Positions 11,540 through 24,720 of a DNA stretch of 64,000 bases are shown in pieces; the first letter of the stretch is position 1; every line of letters starts with the position of its first letter. This stretch comes from Leucoraja ocellata. Its lineage: Eukaryota. A program made the translations under genes and the position numbers. Below the pieces are notes generated by a model, which ran no database searches, was not told the DNA's origin, and saw only the letters and a program-made list of their open reading frames with translations. The stretch covers positions 1,240,001 through 1,304,000 of the forward strand of contig JAWMAR010000277.1 in NCBI GenBank assembly GCA_036785375.1. Reading direction: 5' to 3'.

Positions 11540-11745
11540 GGGACGACAGATGGCGCAATGGGCTAAGTGTTCGGCTGGCGACCGGAAGGTAGCCGGTTCG
11601 AATCCCGCTTGGAGTGCATACTGTCGTTGTGTCCTTGGGGCAAGACACTTCACCCACCTTTGCCTGTGTGTAAATGTAATGTAATTATGTGAAGCACTTT
11701 GGGGTCAATGCAAGTTGACTAAAAATGTGCTATATAAATAAGATT
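11540..11745 (+). mobile_element. tRNA-derived SINE with L2-type tail
   Basis: A box tggcgcaatgg (11551), B box ggttcgaatcc (11595), core gtgtccttggggcaagacact and tail atgtgaagcactttgg..aaatgtgctatataaataa. Confidence 0.85.
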
Positions 11746-11839
11746 ATATATATATTTATTTATAATCCTAAAAACCTGATGACCTACATTCCAAACCACC
11801 TACGTATTACCCAAGTCATTTATATATATATTGTAAAAG

Positions 11840-12022
11840 GTCGCAATCTCTGCAGCACACCATTTGTTACAGATTTCCAATCAGAAAAATACACAACCAT
11901 TCTGCTTCCTAACACCAAGCCAAGTTTGAATCCAGTTTTCCAATCAACCTTGAATCCCTTGTGCAGTATTGGACCACCTTACCATATGGGATCTGGTCAA
12001 AAGTCTTACTATGGTCCATGAC
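11840..12022 (-). mobile_element. Degenerate CR1 RT fragment
   Basis: Reverse-complement similarity to the DF.KAFD.V.H and WI..WL region of CR1 RT. Confidence 0.55.
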
Positions 12023-13577
12023 AAGAGATATGATTTGTCAACTGACATAGCCATGAGATGTTCTTAAATGCATCAGCCAAATGTAAGGCACTGGGACTAC
12101 ATTAATTGGGGTTAATGAAACTCACATCAGGCGCCTCCGGCTATTTTGCAATGGTTTAACAATTTTTTTATTGTCACTTGTACAGCGATATAGTGAAAGT
12201 GTCTGTTCTGTATGCTATCCACCAAATCACATCAGATATTGGTACAACAGATCCTCTTCTGAAACAGCACGCAGTGTTGCCATGTTCTGGTGCCTTTCTG
12301 TGACTGCCAAATCTCCAAAACATCCAATTTAGGGGTGAGGAGACATGGAATTCTTATATCTCTCATTTTAAGGCCCAATGTCCTGATGACACTGGACCAA
12401 TGAAGAAAGGAAGGCTTGGTCCAGTGTGACACCCTTGGCTCCATCTACCTGCTGCAGGCCGCACATGAATTGACTCTTCCCGCGGCCAGCTCCACCACAG
12501 CCATGACCTGAGACCACCGTGAACATATGTTGGTCACCTCCAGCAACTGCCCCGCTGCTTCCATGCACTGCGATGAACATGTTCTGAATCCCAAGTTGAC
12601 CACAGAATACTAGAGTGCCTTCCGAGGGCCGGAGGTAAGTTTGCCAACTGCTCACAGCCGCCGACCCTCTTTTTCACCTTGCATTACCGCCATCTTGGAG
12701 TCATTGAGCCATTGTTGCCGAGTTCGAGGAGCTTTCCAGATTAGGCTTATTTTTTTCACTTAGCACATGGCCGTAGACAGATCTGCTCTGTTTTGGAATA
12801 ATTGGAATATTTGTGTACCCAGAGAGACAGCAGTCACAAAATTAATTTTGGATGTCTGGAGCTCTCTGTCTTCAAATATTTCACATCATCCATGTGAATG
12901 ACCTTGTCCTGGTAGAGGTCATTGTGTATTCGGAGGGATCTTATCAGCTCCAATTGTAAATATGTAATTCAGTGGAACCATTTGTCACTCAAAGCATTGA
13001 AGTAAACAGTGGTCTTAGTAGCTACCGAAATTGCATTGAATTACCTGCTATTATTTTTTGTTCGTAAGAACACAAAAACTCAATGTTCTTTGAATTTGAA
13101 AATAACTAAGGGTCTCCACTGAAATGATCTTCAAGACAGTGCCTGCTTGTCGGGATGAATAAAAACCTTTTGCATTTCTCAGCTTCAGTCTACCGTGGCC
13201 TGGTCATGGCCACAGCAGCCCTTTCTTACTCCAAAGTTCTACTAATATAGACTTATTGACTGATCCCTCCAGGATATCATTCCAGGAAACTACTGTAGTA
13301 TGCCTCTGATGAATGGTGTGACTCGTGTTTTCCTTTTGAAACTGCTGTCATACCTGACATGCCTGCACCCCAGAACACTGAGCTGCCAGTCTTGTCTTTC
13401 CTTCAAACCACATTTCAGTGATAATGTCAATCTCATAATCCCTTGCACTGACCTGGGTATCAATGGGCATCCTTTCAACCAACTAGCCCACCGCCACGCA
13501 TCCCCAGTTTGCAGTTGCATGACTTTTCTTTAGATGATTACATGGATGCAAACCCGATTTGGCAAACAATCAATGAT

Positions 13578-13912
13578 GATGTTCCCAATGTTGGGTGAGT
13601 CTAGAACCAGGGGCCATAGTCTTAGAATAAAGGGGAGGTCAGTTAAGACTGAAGTGAGAAAAACGTTTTCACCCAGAGAGTTGTGAATTTATGGAATTCC
13701 CTGCCACAGAGGGCAGTGGAGGCCAAGTCACTGGATGGATTTAAGAGAGAGTTAGATAGAGCTCTCGGGGCTAGTGGGGTCAAGGGATATGGGGAGAAGG
13801 CAGGCACGAGTTATTGATAGGGGACGATCAGCCATGATCACAATGAATGGCGGTGCTGGCTCGAAGGGCCAAAAGGCTTCCTCCTGCACCTATTTTCTAT
13901 GTTTCTATGTTT
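13578..13912 (+). mobile_element. CR1 3' end
   Basis: Similar to 33150-33489, ending (tttctatg)n. Confidence 0.9.
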
Positions 13913-16149
13913 TTATGATGCAATTTTTCTAAATCAGATATAATGCAACACTTCTTGATAACGCCTATGATCACTTCCCCCCTTTGGCATAAACACAACC
14001 TAGTTAAGAGCAAGACCTGCTGCAATGGTGGTGAAAGTGTTAATATTATGGTGACTACAGCAGATCATATGAGACAATTGCCTACTGTAAATAATTTAAT
14101 ATTTGTACAGTAATCGTATAAATGGTGTATACTACATGTACCTGCAATATACTACTGCACTAACAGTATAGTAACGTGTTAATATTCTTCAATTATGTAC
14201 TGACAATGCCTCAATGTGCTAATGGTTCACTGCTGTGATGATTGACAATGATGAAATGCACTAATGCTTCCTTTCCATCATCCACTGACAATAAAGTAAT
14301 TTTATAATACTTTTCTCTCCAAAGATGTATTTGCATTGATGACATGCAAAGAAAACTAAGGCCTGCTGGTTTACTGGAAATTGTATAACAATTAAATATC
14401 TTTGGGGTGTGATATATTTTGTGCTTTTGCCCCATTTTCTGCAAGATTGTTAGCACTGTTTAGAGCTCATTTAAAATTGGTCATACAATATTAATCCAGA
14501 ATTGTATTTTGTAATGTCACCATGACATTTACACTTCTTCAGCACTTGCGCATCTCAAGTGTTGAGTTATGTATGTATATTTCCGTCAGTTCTCACTGTT
14601 CCCAATGGACCTTGGAATTGAATGTTGGCTTTCAGTAACTAATATTTCCATCAGTTTAAAAGCTTTAAAAAAAATTCTCCATAGACTAATGTTTTAAGCC
14701 ATTTGTGCTGAATTTACTGGGAATTGAATTGTCTGCATTAAAACAATCAAAATTGGAAGCAGACTCAAAATCACCACAGTACACAACTGCCAATTTGCAG
14801 CACGGGTTAGAGGAGACCGACTATATCCTGAGTGGAGGGAAGACAAGGCCAAGCTGATGGGGTTGAACCTGAGAACATCACGTGATTGACTTGTTGGCTT
14901 TATAAGTCAAAGCAGGCAATACAATACATTTGCCTGTGTTACCTTTTAGTGTAAGCCACTGAAAAATAAACCTAAACGTTACATATGCTTTTGTGAAACT
15001 TGAATAGTAATTGTTGACTGGTTTTTAACTTGATGAAATATGTTCACAAACCTACAATTTTATTGTCTTCCTTACCTTTTATTGTTTAAAGTCTGTGTTA
15101 TAACAATTGAACAGAAGGAAAATATTAGTTACCTGACCTGTAGAGGGTTTTTATCATGTTCTCATTTTTGTACAATTCACACAGTAAACTACCCACAAAA
15201 GCAGTGCTTTAACAGGATCACCCATTCACAGCACTAAAAATGCAGCTAAACCTTTGGTGCATAATTCAATCACACACGTAGAAGGCATTTTGTCTATTGT
15301 CTATATTGGCTGCTGACTATTTTATTAATCAATGAAAACCATGAAGTTGTGCTGAAAGGGTTCAGCTGAAGGACAAAGATAAAATATATGGGTGCAGCAA
15401 TCAAGAGAGAAAGTAGGAAGAGATCATTGGTGCTTTTCAAATTATCTAAATCTAGCAAAAATATAAGAAGGAGAAGCAGCACATGCAAGAATTATGGTCA
15501 TAATGAAAATAACTAAGGTACCTAATAAATATTTCATATCTGTCCTGGGTCAAGGAACTAAGTTGGAGCACCAGGAGCCAATTGGATCAACAAGTCCATT
15601 CGCTTTGTGGGGGAGGATGTAGGCTCTTGTCTTGGATGAACTAAGATTTTGGAGGGTGGGCTTTCTGTTTTGCCCAAGCTCCTAGACTTTTTTGAGCAAG
15701 TGACAAACCAAGTTTACTTCCAAAAGGCTCAACTAGAAACATTATTGCTCAAGGCCATTTCTTTAAGAATTCACGTTAAACCCAAGTACTAGTGCAGAAG
15801 GTGGTTAAAAGATGGCCTACTGATGAGAGGAGTTGTGTCGGGGGAGAATGATTACCTCAGAGCTCAGCACTGAGTTTAATTTACTTAAGTAACCTGGATT
15901 CGGAAACCCAATGCAACACATTGGCCAATATTGAAGATGATATCAAAGTTGGAGAAACTGAAATTAGTAAAGATGGTTTAGAAATTGCGAAATGGTTGGA
16001 TCTCTATATGTAAAATAGGAGAACAATGAAAGTTAAGATGATACACAAAGAAAAATATATGACATGTACATTCTGAGAAGCTGAAAGAACATTGAAGATT
16101 TAGAAGCTATGCAAAGAAAATTAAGAAAATAAAGGAAATATAAAAATAT

Positions 16150-16610
16150 AAGAAAAGGGAACAGGGGCAGGCCATATGGATGCTCACATGCTTCATCATT
16201 CAAAAGGATCATAGATAATACTGAACCTCATCCTCTTTCCACCCAATGTCCATATCCCTGATGCCCTCAACACTCAAGATTTATTGATCTTAGCATTAAA
16301 CATACTCTACACTATCTGAGGTACAGAATCTGATCTTGACCCAAGCTCTATTTTCCTGCCTGTTCCCTTGCCCCTGCATATCTCCTTTAGATTTTGCCCC
16401 CCTCAGCTAAAGCCTTGCACTCCTGTATTTGACATTCCCACCCTGGGAAACTGGTTCTGAGTGTCTACACTACTTATATAGGTCATATTGTTATAAACTT
16501 CTATCAGATGTCCTCTCAGCCCTGATGCTAGGTTGAAAACAGTCCAAGTTTGTCAAACCCATCCTTGCCGTAATCCCCTCTAATCCAGGCAGATTCTGGT
16601 AAATCCCCTC
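16150..16610 (-). mobile_element. Old CR1 3' fragments
   Basis: Degenerate reverse complement of the CR1 ORF2 end (ataaacttctatcag, aatccaggca..tggtaaatc). Confidence 0.55.
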
Positions 16611-16632
16611 AAAGTCACTGCAAAAGCTTCAC

Positions 16633-17520
16633 GGTGCTTTGGCTTGCGTTGAAAGGCAGTACTTTAATGCAAATGGTGGCATGAAGTTGAAAGGCACTAC
16701 TTACTGCAAATGGTGGCTTGGGAGCTTTGACTTGAAGTTGAAAGGCACTGCTTACTGCAAATGGAGGCTTGGGTGCTTTGGCTTGACGTTGAAAGGCACT
16801 ACTTACTGCAAATGGTGGCTTGGGTGTGGCTTGAAGTTGAAAGGCACTACTTACTGCAGATGGTGGCTTGGGTGCAATGGCTTGAAGTTAAAATGCGTTA
16901 CATACTGCAAATGGGGGCGTGGGTGCATTGGCTTGAAGTTGAAAGGCACTACTTACTGCAAATTGTGGCTTGAAGTTGAAAGGCACTACTTGCTGCAAAT
17001 GGTGGCTTGGGTGCTTTGGCTTTAAGTTGAAAGGCACTACTTACTGCAAATTGTAGCTTGGGTGCTTTGGCATTAAGTTGAAAGGCACTGCAAATGGCGG
17101 CATGAAGTTGAAAGGCACTACTTACTGCAAGTGGTGGCTTGGGAGCTTTGGCTTGAAGTGAAAGGCACTACTTACTGCAATGTTGGCTTGGGAGCTTTGA
17201 CGAAGTTGAAAGGCACCTCGTACTGCTAATGGTGGCTTGGGTGTGGCCTGGGTGTGGTTTGAAGTTGAAAGCCATTACTTACTGCAAATGGTGGCTTGGA
17301 TACAATGGCTTGAAGTTAAAAGGCGTTACTTACTGCAAATGGTGGCTTGGGTGCATTGGCTTGAAGTTGAAAGGCACTACTTACTGCAAATTGTGGCTTG
17401 AAGTTGAAAGGCACTACTTGCTGCAAATGTGGCTTGGGTGCTTTGGCTTTAAGTTGAAATGCACTACTTACTGCAAATGGTGCTTGGGTGCTTTGGCTTG
17501 AAGTTAAAAGGCACTACTGT
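16633..17520. repeat. Minisatellite, ~51-bp unit (with 36- and 48-bp variants)
   Basis: ggcttgaagttgaaaggcactacttactgcaaatggtggcttgggtgcttt repeated, with units at 16683, 16734 and 16785. Confidence 0.95.
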
Positions 17521-17719
17521 AAATGCACTTACTTCCTGTTTGCACTGTATATTGATTTTAGATAAATGCTACCACTTACGGCTGTGATTTTTGGCCATCT
17601 TACTCAGTCCCCTCCGCTGAGCAGGTGCAGAGAATTCTTCCCATCAATGAAAAATAAAAGTGTTATTAGTTTTAAGAAAGATGTTGAGAATCTCTCTCCT
17701 GTCAATCACTTTTCCGGTT

Positions 17720-17750
<31 letters not shown>

Positions 17751-18228
17751 TAAAAAACGGAAATGTGGGTGTGGCTCAGTCTGCTGCAAGATGGAGGAGG
17801 GAGAGGTCATGACTCGCTGTCTTAAGTGGCTTTGCACCCCTACTTCAAATGGTATGAACTGCACTTGAATTTGGTGGCCTTGCACCCTGCTAAAAGTGGT
17901 AAGAAACTGCACTTGAATTTAGTGGCCTTATACCCTGCTTGAAATAGAATTTCAAGGATTAGCCGTGAGTCAACCACAGCCCACCAGCCGTGAGTGAGTG
18001 AGTTGCCAGCACAACAGGCTTGATTGACTGAGCCGCCAGCCCAAGAATCCATTTGGCGCACAATTTGCATACTAGCCCTCTGGAAACCAGTCCCTTTAGC
18101 CCCCCTCCCCCCCCCCCCCCCCCCCCAACTGGCCACCAATATTAGAATTGGTGGAGAGGTGGAATATTGCGTTGGATGACCAGCCCTCCTGTGTGATGCT
18201 GGGACCCAACGGGTCTCACTTAGTCTAG
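16633..18228 (+). mobile_element. Non-autonomous Helitron (5' end not seen)
   Basis: 3' hairpin gggacccaacgggtctc followed by CTAG|T at 18225-18229. The body shares ctaccacttacggctgtgatttttggccatcttactcag with the copy starting at 37273. Confidence 0.75.
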
Positions 18229-18229
18229 T

Positions 18230-21200
18230 AAACTCTAAAATGTTATTGACCACTGAAGTCCGGCCAACCGGCCTATAGTTTCTCTTTTTGCTTTGCTCCC
18301 TTCTTGAACAGCGGAGTAACATTTGGAGTAATGCCCCTGTGGCTTCTGGAAAATCACCACTCATTCTACCATAATCTCTTCCACCTCCTTTAGATCCTGC
18401 CATTAATTAATCCCGACCAAACAGGTTTATCCCCAAACGGTATTCATTTTATAATCTGAGCAGATTATTTAATATTATATACTCCAATAGAATCCCTAAT
18501 GCAGATCTAGCAATTATCTCGTTAGATGCTGAAAAAGCTTTGACCAGGTAGAATGGCCATATTTATTTTCGGTGATGGAAACATTTCAACTAGGAGAGAA
18601 GTACTGTACATGGGTTAAATTGTTATATTCTAATCCAACAGCTAGAATATTACAAACAAAATGTTATCAACTAAATTTAACCTCTCTAGAGGCTGTAGAC
18701 AAGGATGTTCACTATCCCCACTATTATTTGCTCTTGCAATCGAACCCCTAGCAGAAAGCGTTAGAAACCATCCAGGAATATTTGGACACAATACTAGAGA
18801 CACAAGAAATAAAATCTCCTTATAGCAGATGAAGTACTAATATATATTACAAAGTTAGAAACTAGTATTCCAAACCTATTAAATCTAATAACTCAATTTG
18901 GTCAGTTTTCGGGATATAGAATTAATTGGATAAAAGCGAAATCATGCCAATAACAAAATTCAATTTACATACAATACAACAATCCCTTTTAAAATAGTTA
19001 AAGATAAATTTAAATACTTAGGAATCTATGTAACTAAGACATATATCTCTTTATTTAAACTAAATTTCCCACCCTTACTGAATAAACTACATAAGAATAT
19101 TCAATACTGGAAAACACTCCCATTTCTATGCTTGGGAGAATTAATGCTATAAAAATGATCTTCTTACCGCAACTGCTGTACCTATTTCATTAATTCCGAT
19201 ATATATCCCAAAAACTTTTTTCAAAAAAGTCGACTCCATTGTTACAAGTTTTGTCTGGGATTATAAGAATCATAGAATAAGTAAAAAACATTTATGTAAG
19301 TCAAAGATAAATGGAGGTTTGGCTTTGCCAAATTTCTTATTTTATTTTTTTGGCAGTCCATATTAAAAACATGAATTTCTGGCTGGAAGAAATGGATCAA
19401 CAACCAGATTGGTTAATGATGGAAAAGGAAGACTGTCTACCTTTTGAAATTGGACCGATCATATTTGCCCCCACAAAACTGCACAAAAAAACCTATAAAG
19501 AAACCCCATAATACATAGTGGAATACGAATTTGGAAACAAATAAAAAAAGATTTAAAAATGAATAATATACCACTATGACTTCCCATTGTAAATAATCCT
19601 TGTATTCAAATCATCCTTTATGGACAAAGGTTTCACACAATGGAAAAATTATGGAATCAAAAGTATAGGACATCTTTATGGGAAAGGCACTTTTCTTTCA
19701 TTTCAAGAGTTACAACAGAATTATGGACTGCACTCAAATAATTTCTTCAGATATCTACAAATTAGAGATTATGTTAAATCTAATACACAGTCTACAGGAG
19801 TAGGGAATCAGAAATTCTTGATGAATGTTTTGAACAAGCATCCTAATACTGAAAACCTAATAGCTTATATTTATAACACCCTACTAAACAACGAGGTACC
19901 ACCGACCGAACCATATAGATACAAATGGGAAAATGAAATAGGTCACCCCATAACGAAAGATATGTGGGACGAAAGTTTACAACAAATACATCAATTTTCA
20001 TTAAATGCCAGACATACTTTAATCAATTCAAGGTCTTACATAGACTACACTACTCTAAAATGAAACTAAATAGAATCTTCCCACAAATCTCTCCTATTTG
20101 TGATAAATGTCTACATCTAGAGGCTAATTTAACACACACGTTTGCAAACTGTATAAAACTTAAACATTTCTGGACTGATATTTTTGAAATAACTTCAGAA
20201 GTTATTAATACAAAACTGGATCCAGACACAACTTTAATAGTACTTGGAATATCAGAACAAAGTTTAACACTCACAACAAACCAAAGAAATTTCCTCGACT
20301 ACAGTATATAATCAGGAAAAAATTAATATTAAAATTTTGGAAAGGTCCTACAACCCCCACAATTAAAATGTGGATTACAGAAAGTCGGAGACCCTATACT
20401 TAGAAAGAATTAGACTTGTCTTAATGGACAAACAAGATCTTTCGATAAAATCTGGCTCCATTCATTAACTATCTGAAGGGATAGATTGGCACAGCACGAG
20501 GACCCCAACTGAAACTGAACTCAGATCAGATGAAAAGCTATACTTTATAATCTACACCTATCTCCATTGACGTATTACAGGTAATCCATTCCACCTACTT
20601 TGTTTTTCTGTTTTTTTAAATTTTATTTGTAACTTTCTACCCTCTCTTTCATCTCTTTTTCTATAAAAAAATGAAAACACTAGAAGCAGAATTGATAATT
20701 GAAAAATTTAATATGTATGACTGATGTATATGAATAGTCTTTTTATTATAATATGTAACTATACTTTATAATATGTCTGCTTCTAATAAAATATTTTAAA
20801 AAAAAAAGAATCCTGCCATGTAGTCCATCGGGTCCAAATGACTTATCTCCCTTCAACCCTTCAGCTTCCCAAGCACCATCCCTTAGTATTAGCCACTCCA
20901 CTAACTTCTGCCCTGACTTTTCTTTAATTTCAGGCATGTTATTGGTGTCTTCTATAGTGAAATTGATGCAAAAAAAGTATTTAATCCATCTGCCATTTCT
21001 TAATTCCCCATTATCACTTCTCCAGCATTATTTTCCAGTGGTCCAATGCCCACTCTTGCCTCTTTCTTACTCTTTATATATCTGAAGAACTTTTGCTATT
21101 CTCTTTTACATTATTTGCTAGCTTACCTTTACATTTCATTTTTTCTCCCTGTATTGCCTTTCTAGTTACCATTTGTTGGTTTTTAAAAGCTTCCCATTCC

Positions 21201-21760
21201 TCTAGCTTCCCACTAAACCTTTCAAAATTGTATGCCTTTTCTTTTAGTTTTATGATCCAATGTCATCTTTTGTTAAATTTAAATTCCTTACCAGCACAGC
21301 TACACCACCCCCTCCTCCCTTTCGATAGACAGACCACAAATCCTGGAGTAACTCAACGGGTCAGGCTGCATCACTGGAGAAAAGGAATAGAGGTCGTTTT
21401 GGGTCAAAACCTTTCTTTGGACTATATTTGTTAGGATGTGCAGCCTTGGATATTCAGTTGCCAACTCTGATCCTCGTTCAGCCACGCCTCCGCGATGCCC
21501 ACAACATTGTACCTTCCAGTTTCTAACTGAGCTATATCCACATTGTTCCGTATATTGTGTGCATTCATAATAACACTTTTAGTTCAATATTAACCAACTC
21601 TCTTCTCACATTGTTCCTGAGTTTCCCTGACCTTAGACTATTATCCCTTCTTAAACTATCCATCCTGGAGACTTCTGTAACCTCTTCTGCATTCTCCTTC
21701 CCTTTAACTTCATCCATACATTTCCATTTTGTTGACTCCACACCCCCATCCAAAAGCGAG
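18230..21760 (-). mobile_element. Old CR1 ORF2 (interrupted by L1 and by a hammerhead-like unit at ~21320-21425)
   Basis: NYRPVGRTSVVNNILE (17840-18403 ORF) and LKGDKSFGPDGLHGR (20746-20937) lie on either side of the L1 insertion. Confidence 0.8.
18404..20809 (+). mobile_element. 5'-truncated L1-clade LINE (fish-type), frameshifted ORF2 RT
   Basis: [58 protein letters not shown]; AATAAA plus poly(A); TSD atcctgccat (18394-18403 / 20810-20819). Confidence 0.92.
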
Positions 21761-21825
21761 CAAAGATCCTTCAATTTGCTGTCAAAAGCGTGGGAAGTAG
21801 CTGAGAGACTGTTTGGATACTTGCT

Positions 21826-21959
21826 GTGTAGGAAGGAACTGCAGATGCTGGTTTAAACCAAAAATAGACACAAAATGCTGGAGTAACTCAGCGGGACAGG
21901 CAGCATCTCTGGAGAGAAGGAATGGGTGACATTTCGGGCCGAAAGACCCTTCTTCAGAC
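21826..21959 (-). mobile_element. Short Penelope-derived hammerhead-like element with TSD
   Basis: TSD gatacttgct (21816-21825 / 21960-21969). The minus strand begins gtCTGAAGAagggtc. Confidence 0.75.
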
Positions 21960-22582
21960 GATACTTGCTTCCCTTCATACAGATGGATCATGCGCTCTAA
22001 TTAAGATTTCATCTTCAGCTCCAGGTAAATCTGTGCTAAACCCATGGAGTTTTCATTCTCTGATCAGCTTTTTAATCTCTTCCCACTGTAGAGAGCTCTT
22101 AGGTAAAGCTTTCCTGTTTTGAAGCAGAATGAAATTCGAGGGAGGGAATATCTTAAAAGTGGACAATATCCAATCATTTGTGAAGGTTCTTCAGGCAAGA
22201 CTTAACTTAATTTCCTCATTATTTATTTATTTTAAAAAAATTATTTCTGTATTCATTTTTATGAAGTATAAATGTTGCTATTTCTTTACAAGTTGTGAGT
22301 GGAAAGGAGTAAATAAAACTCCTCTCAGATTTTGGCACAAGGCTTGGTAATTTTTATAAAGAAAACTATGTTGTAATGTGTGTGATGTTACAGAGTATAG
22401 ACTTGAGATAGACCAAATCTTGGGAAATTGCAAGCATACCGGCAAATGTTTTGCTTTGATTAATTTTAAGTGTGAGCTTGTCCCAGGATTTGCTGCTTCT
22501 CGGGATTTGCTGTTTGTGAGCATTCTGGTCCATTGGGAGCACTGGGTTGTCAAATAACATCAATATTTCTTTCCTGATTTGT

Positions 22583-22782
22583 NNNNNNNNNNNNNNNNNN
22601 NNNNNNNNNNNNNNNNNNNNNNNNNNNNNNNNNNNNNNNNNNNNNNNNNNNNNNNNNNNNNNNNNNNNNNNNNNNNNNNNNNNNNNNNNNNNNNNNNNNN
22701 NNNNNNNNNNNNNNNNNNNNNNNNNNNNNNNNNNNNNNNNNNNNNNNNNNNNNNNNNNNNNNNNNNNNNNNNNNNNNNNNNN
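22583..22782. other. Assembly gap (200 N)
   Basis: Run of N. Confidence 1.
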
Positions 22783-22810
22783 CCCAGCGTGTGGTCAGAG
22801 AGGTCGGCAG

Positions 22811-22837
22811 CAAAGATCCTCCGCTATATGATCTTTG
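22811..22837. mobile_element. 27-bp TIR-only remnant (CAAAGAT family) in 8-bp TSD
   Basis: gtcggcag|caaagatcctccgctatatgatctttg|gttggcag. Confidence 0.7.
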
Positions 22838-24489
22838 GTTGGCAGTCAGTCGGGCCAGAGCAGAAAAACAGCGCTAAATCCAGCTAACTCTGCCTGTCCC
22901 GCCAGGTGAGCTTACAACCCTTCCTAGACTTGCGGGAAATATGGCCAGCGCGGAGAAGCAGCGCTGGTGTCCCGTCAGTCCAGACAGGGCAGTAGTTAAC
23001 CCGGTGAGACAGGCAGAGTTGAGCTGCATTTAGCGCTGGATTGAGCCTCCGAAGCCTCGCGCGCGTGATGTGTATGAGTGTGCTCATGCACGCATGGCCG
23101 CCAAAAAATTGTGTCCCCCGTCCCCTCCATGTTTTGATAGCATGTTCCGCTCTTGGCTGCAGCCACACGTGGTTACTTTGGGCTCAGCAACACTGCTGTT
23201 GTTATGGAATTCTTTTTGTTTAATAAAACTCACAAGTTCACAACATGTGACTCGCTTTATTGCACTTTAATATCATTAATTTTTCTAACATATGGAAAGA
23301 AGAATGATTACTGATCTTCGTCCAGGTGAACTTTTTTTATTCAATCCTTGTCTAATTCAATGAGGAAGAAAGCATCCTTTGATTTGATACTGGGAAATGA
23401 AGTAGAGGTGGTTGAAACTGTTAAATAGATTATCCCAACAGTCACCACAACATTGCTTGGTTTAAAAAAATAATGGAAAGAGATTAGCGAACTGAATAAA
23501 AGGTAAAAATGTTCACGAGGGAAAGACTCATTTTAGTGATTTAAGAAGAGGTCAGATGCATGTAGATTAACGATGCTGGGTATTCTGTGCATAGACCATG
23601 GCTGCTTAAATACAAATTAGCTGTAACATGCAGGAGCGTAAATAACATGCAAAACACTGTTGCTTGGATGACAAAGAGAGAAAAATAAAGAAACCTTTTA
23701 AATGTCGGGGCAAGATTCAGCTAAGGGCCAATGAGAAAAAGCTAATAGGGAATCATAGAGAAAGATTAGCACAGAACCAAATCAGAATAAATGCATCTGT
23801 AAATTATAAATGGTACTGGTATATTATATCAGAATTATATTATATCAAAGGAATTTTATCTCATGTGAATTCTCTTAACCATAACACATCATTAAATTAA
23901 TTTTGACATTTTCTGTAAATGGATTAAGTCACACCATGATTTTCTAAAATCACCATGTTATTAATTTCAGATTCATATATATTTGTGTGCATTGTAGGAG
24001 CTTTTTAAACCTGATTTGGCAGTGGAGCATTTGAAATACTGTAGATGTTCTATCAGGTGCATGTGCATTAGAATACAGTAGCCATGTATATTGCCAAGCA
24101 AGACTGTTGCAAGTATGATAGTGGATGCACAGTGTTGCTGCTGTTGGGGCTGTGTCTCACAATTATCTACTCACTGAAGATATTTTGTCAATGTTTGGAA
24201 TGGGTAAGTTTACCTCAAAATGGAGGCCAACAAATGTTTCCAAAAACATGGCCTTAAAATTCATAATTGAGATATGTTCCTACAAAGCATTATTATTAAA
24301 AACAAAGAAGTGTGTAGAGAAAATGTATTCAATTAAAAATGTTCACTGCAAATTTAATTTAACTCTGGTGTCTACTTTAATTTAAACTAATTGAAGCTTC
24401 CCGTGGCATATTGTTGATCGTAAATAAACAATATTGCCTTTAATAGGAACGGGAACATTCAAGGATTCTTCTCACAAAAGGCAAATTGC

Positions 24490-24720
24490 AAACAATGGCT
24501 TGCATTTGTATTGTCATTCCCATGTAGGTAATTATCCAAGGTGCTTCACAGAGGCAGAATAAAGAAAAATGACAATTGAAACAGGGAAGGAGCAATGGGA
24601 GTCAAGATTAAAAACTTGATGTACTGAACCGGTAAATGATGTTTATTTTGAAATAGAGAGTGTTGGCTGAGAGATGCTGATCAAGGGATGGAATTCCAGA
24701 GAATGGAACCTTGCATGTAC
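24490..24720 (-). mobile_element. Ancient L2-type 3' fragment
   Basis: ttgcatttgtat...tccaaggtgcttcacag...ggaattccaga resembles a reverse-complemented L2 tail. Confidence 0.4.

Noticed and set aside
11540-11612. tRNA gene
   Set aside because: The A and B boxes are followed by a SINE core and L2 tail with no poly-T terminator, so this is a SINE head.
16639-17501. ORFs with repeated LKLKGTTYCKWWLG peptide; CRISPR-like periodicity
   Set aside because: The 51-bp unit is a multiple of 3, which keeps frames open. The units are contiguous with no unique spacers, so this is a minisatellite, not a gene or CRISPR array.
22341-22380. GGCTTGGTA...GAAAACTATGTTGTA resembling the ARHGAP42 C-terminus (GLVPENYVV), the neighbour of PGR in human
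   Set aside because: The two halves are 11 nt apart (out of frame), and the upstream SH3 residues and acceptor are absent. Treated as coincidence.
22547-22887. ORFs spanning poly-X
   Set aside because: Artefacts of the 200-N gap.
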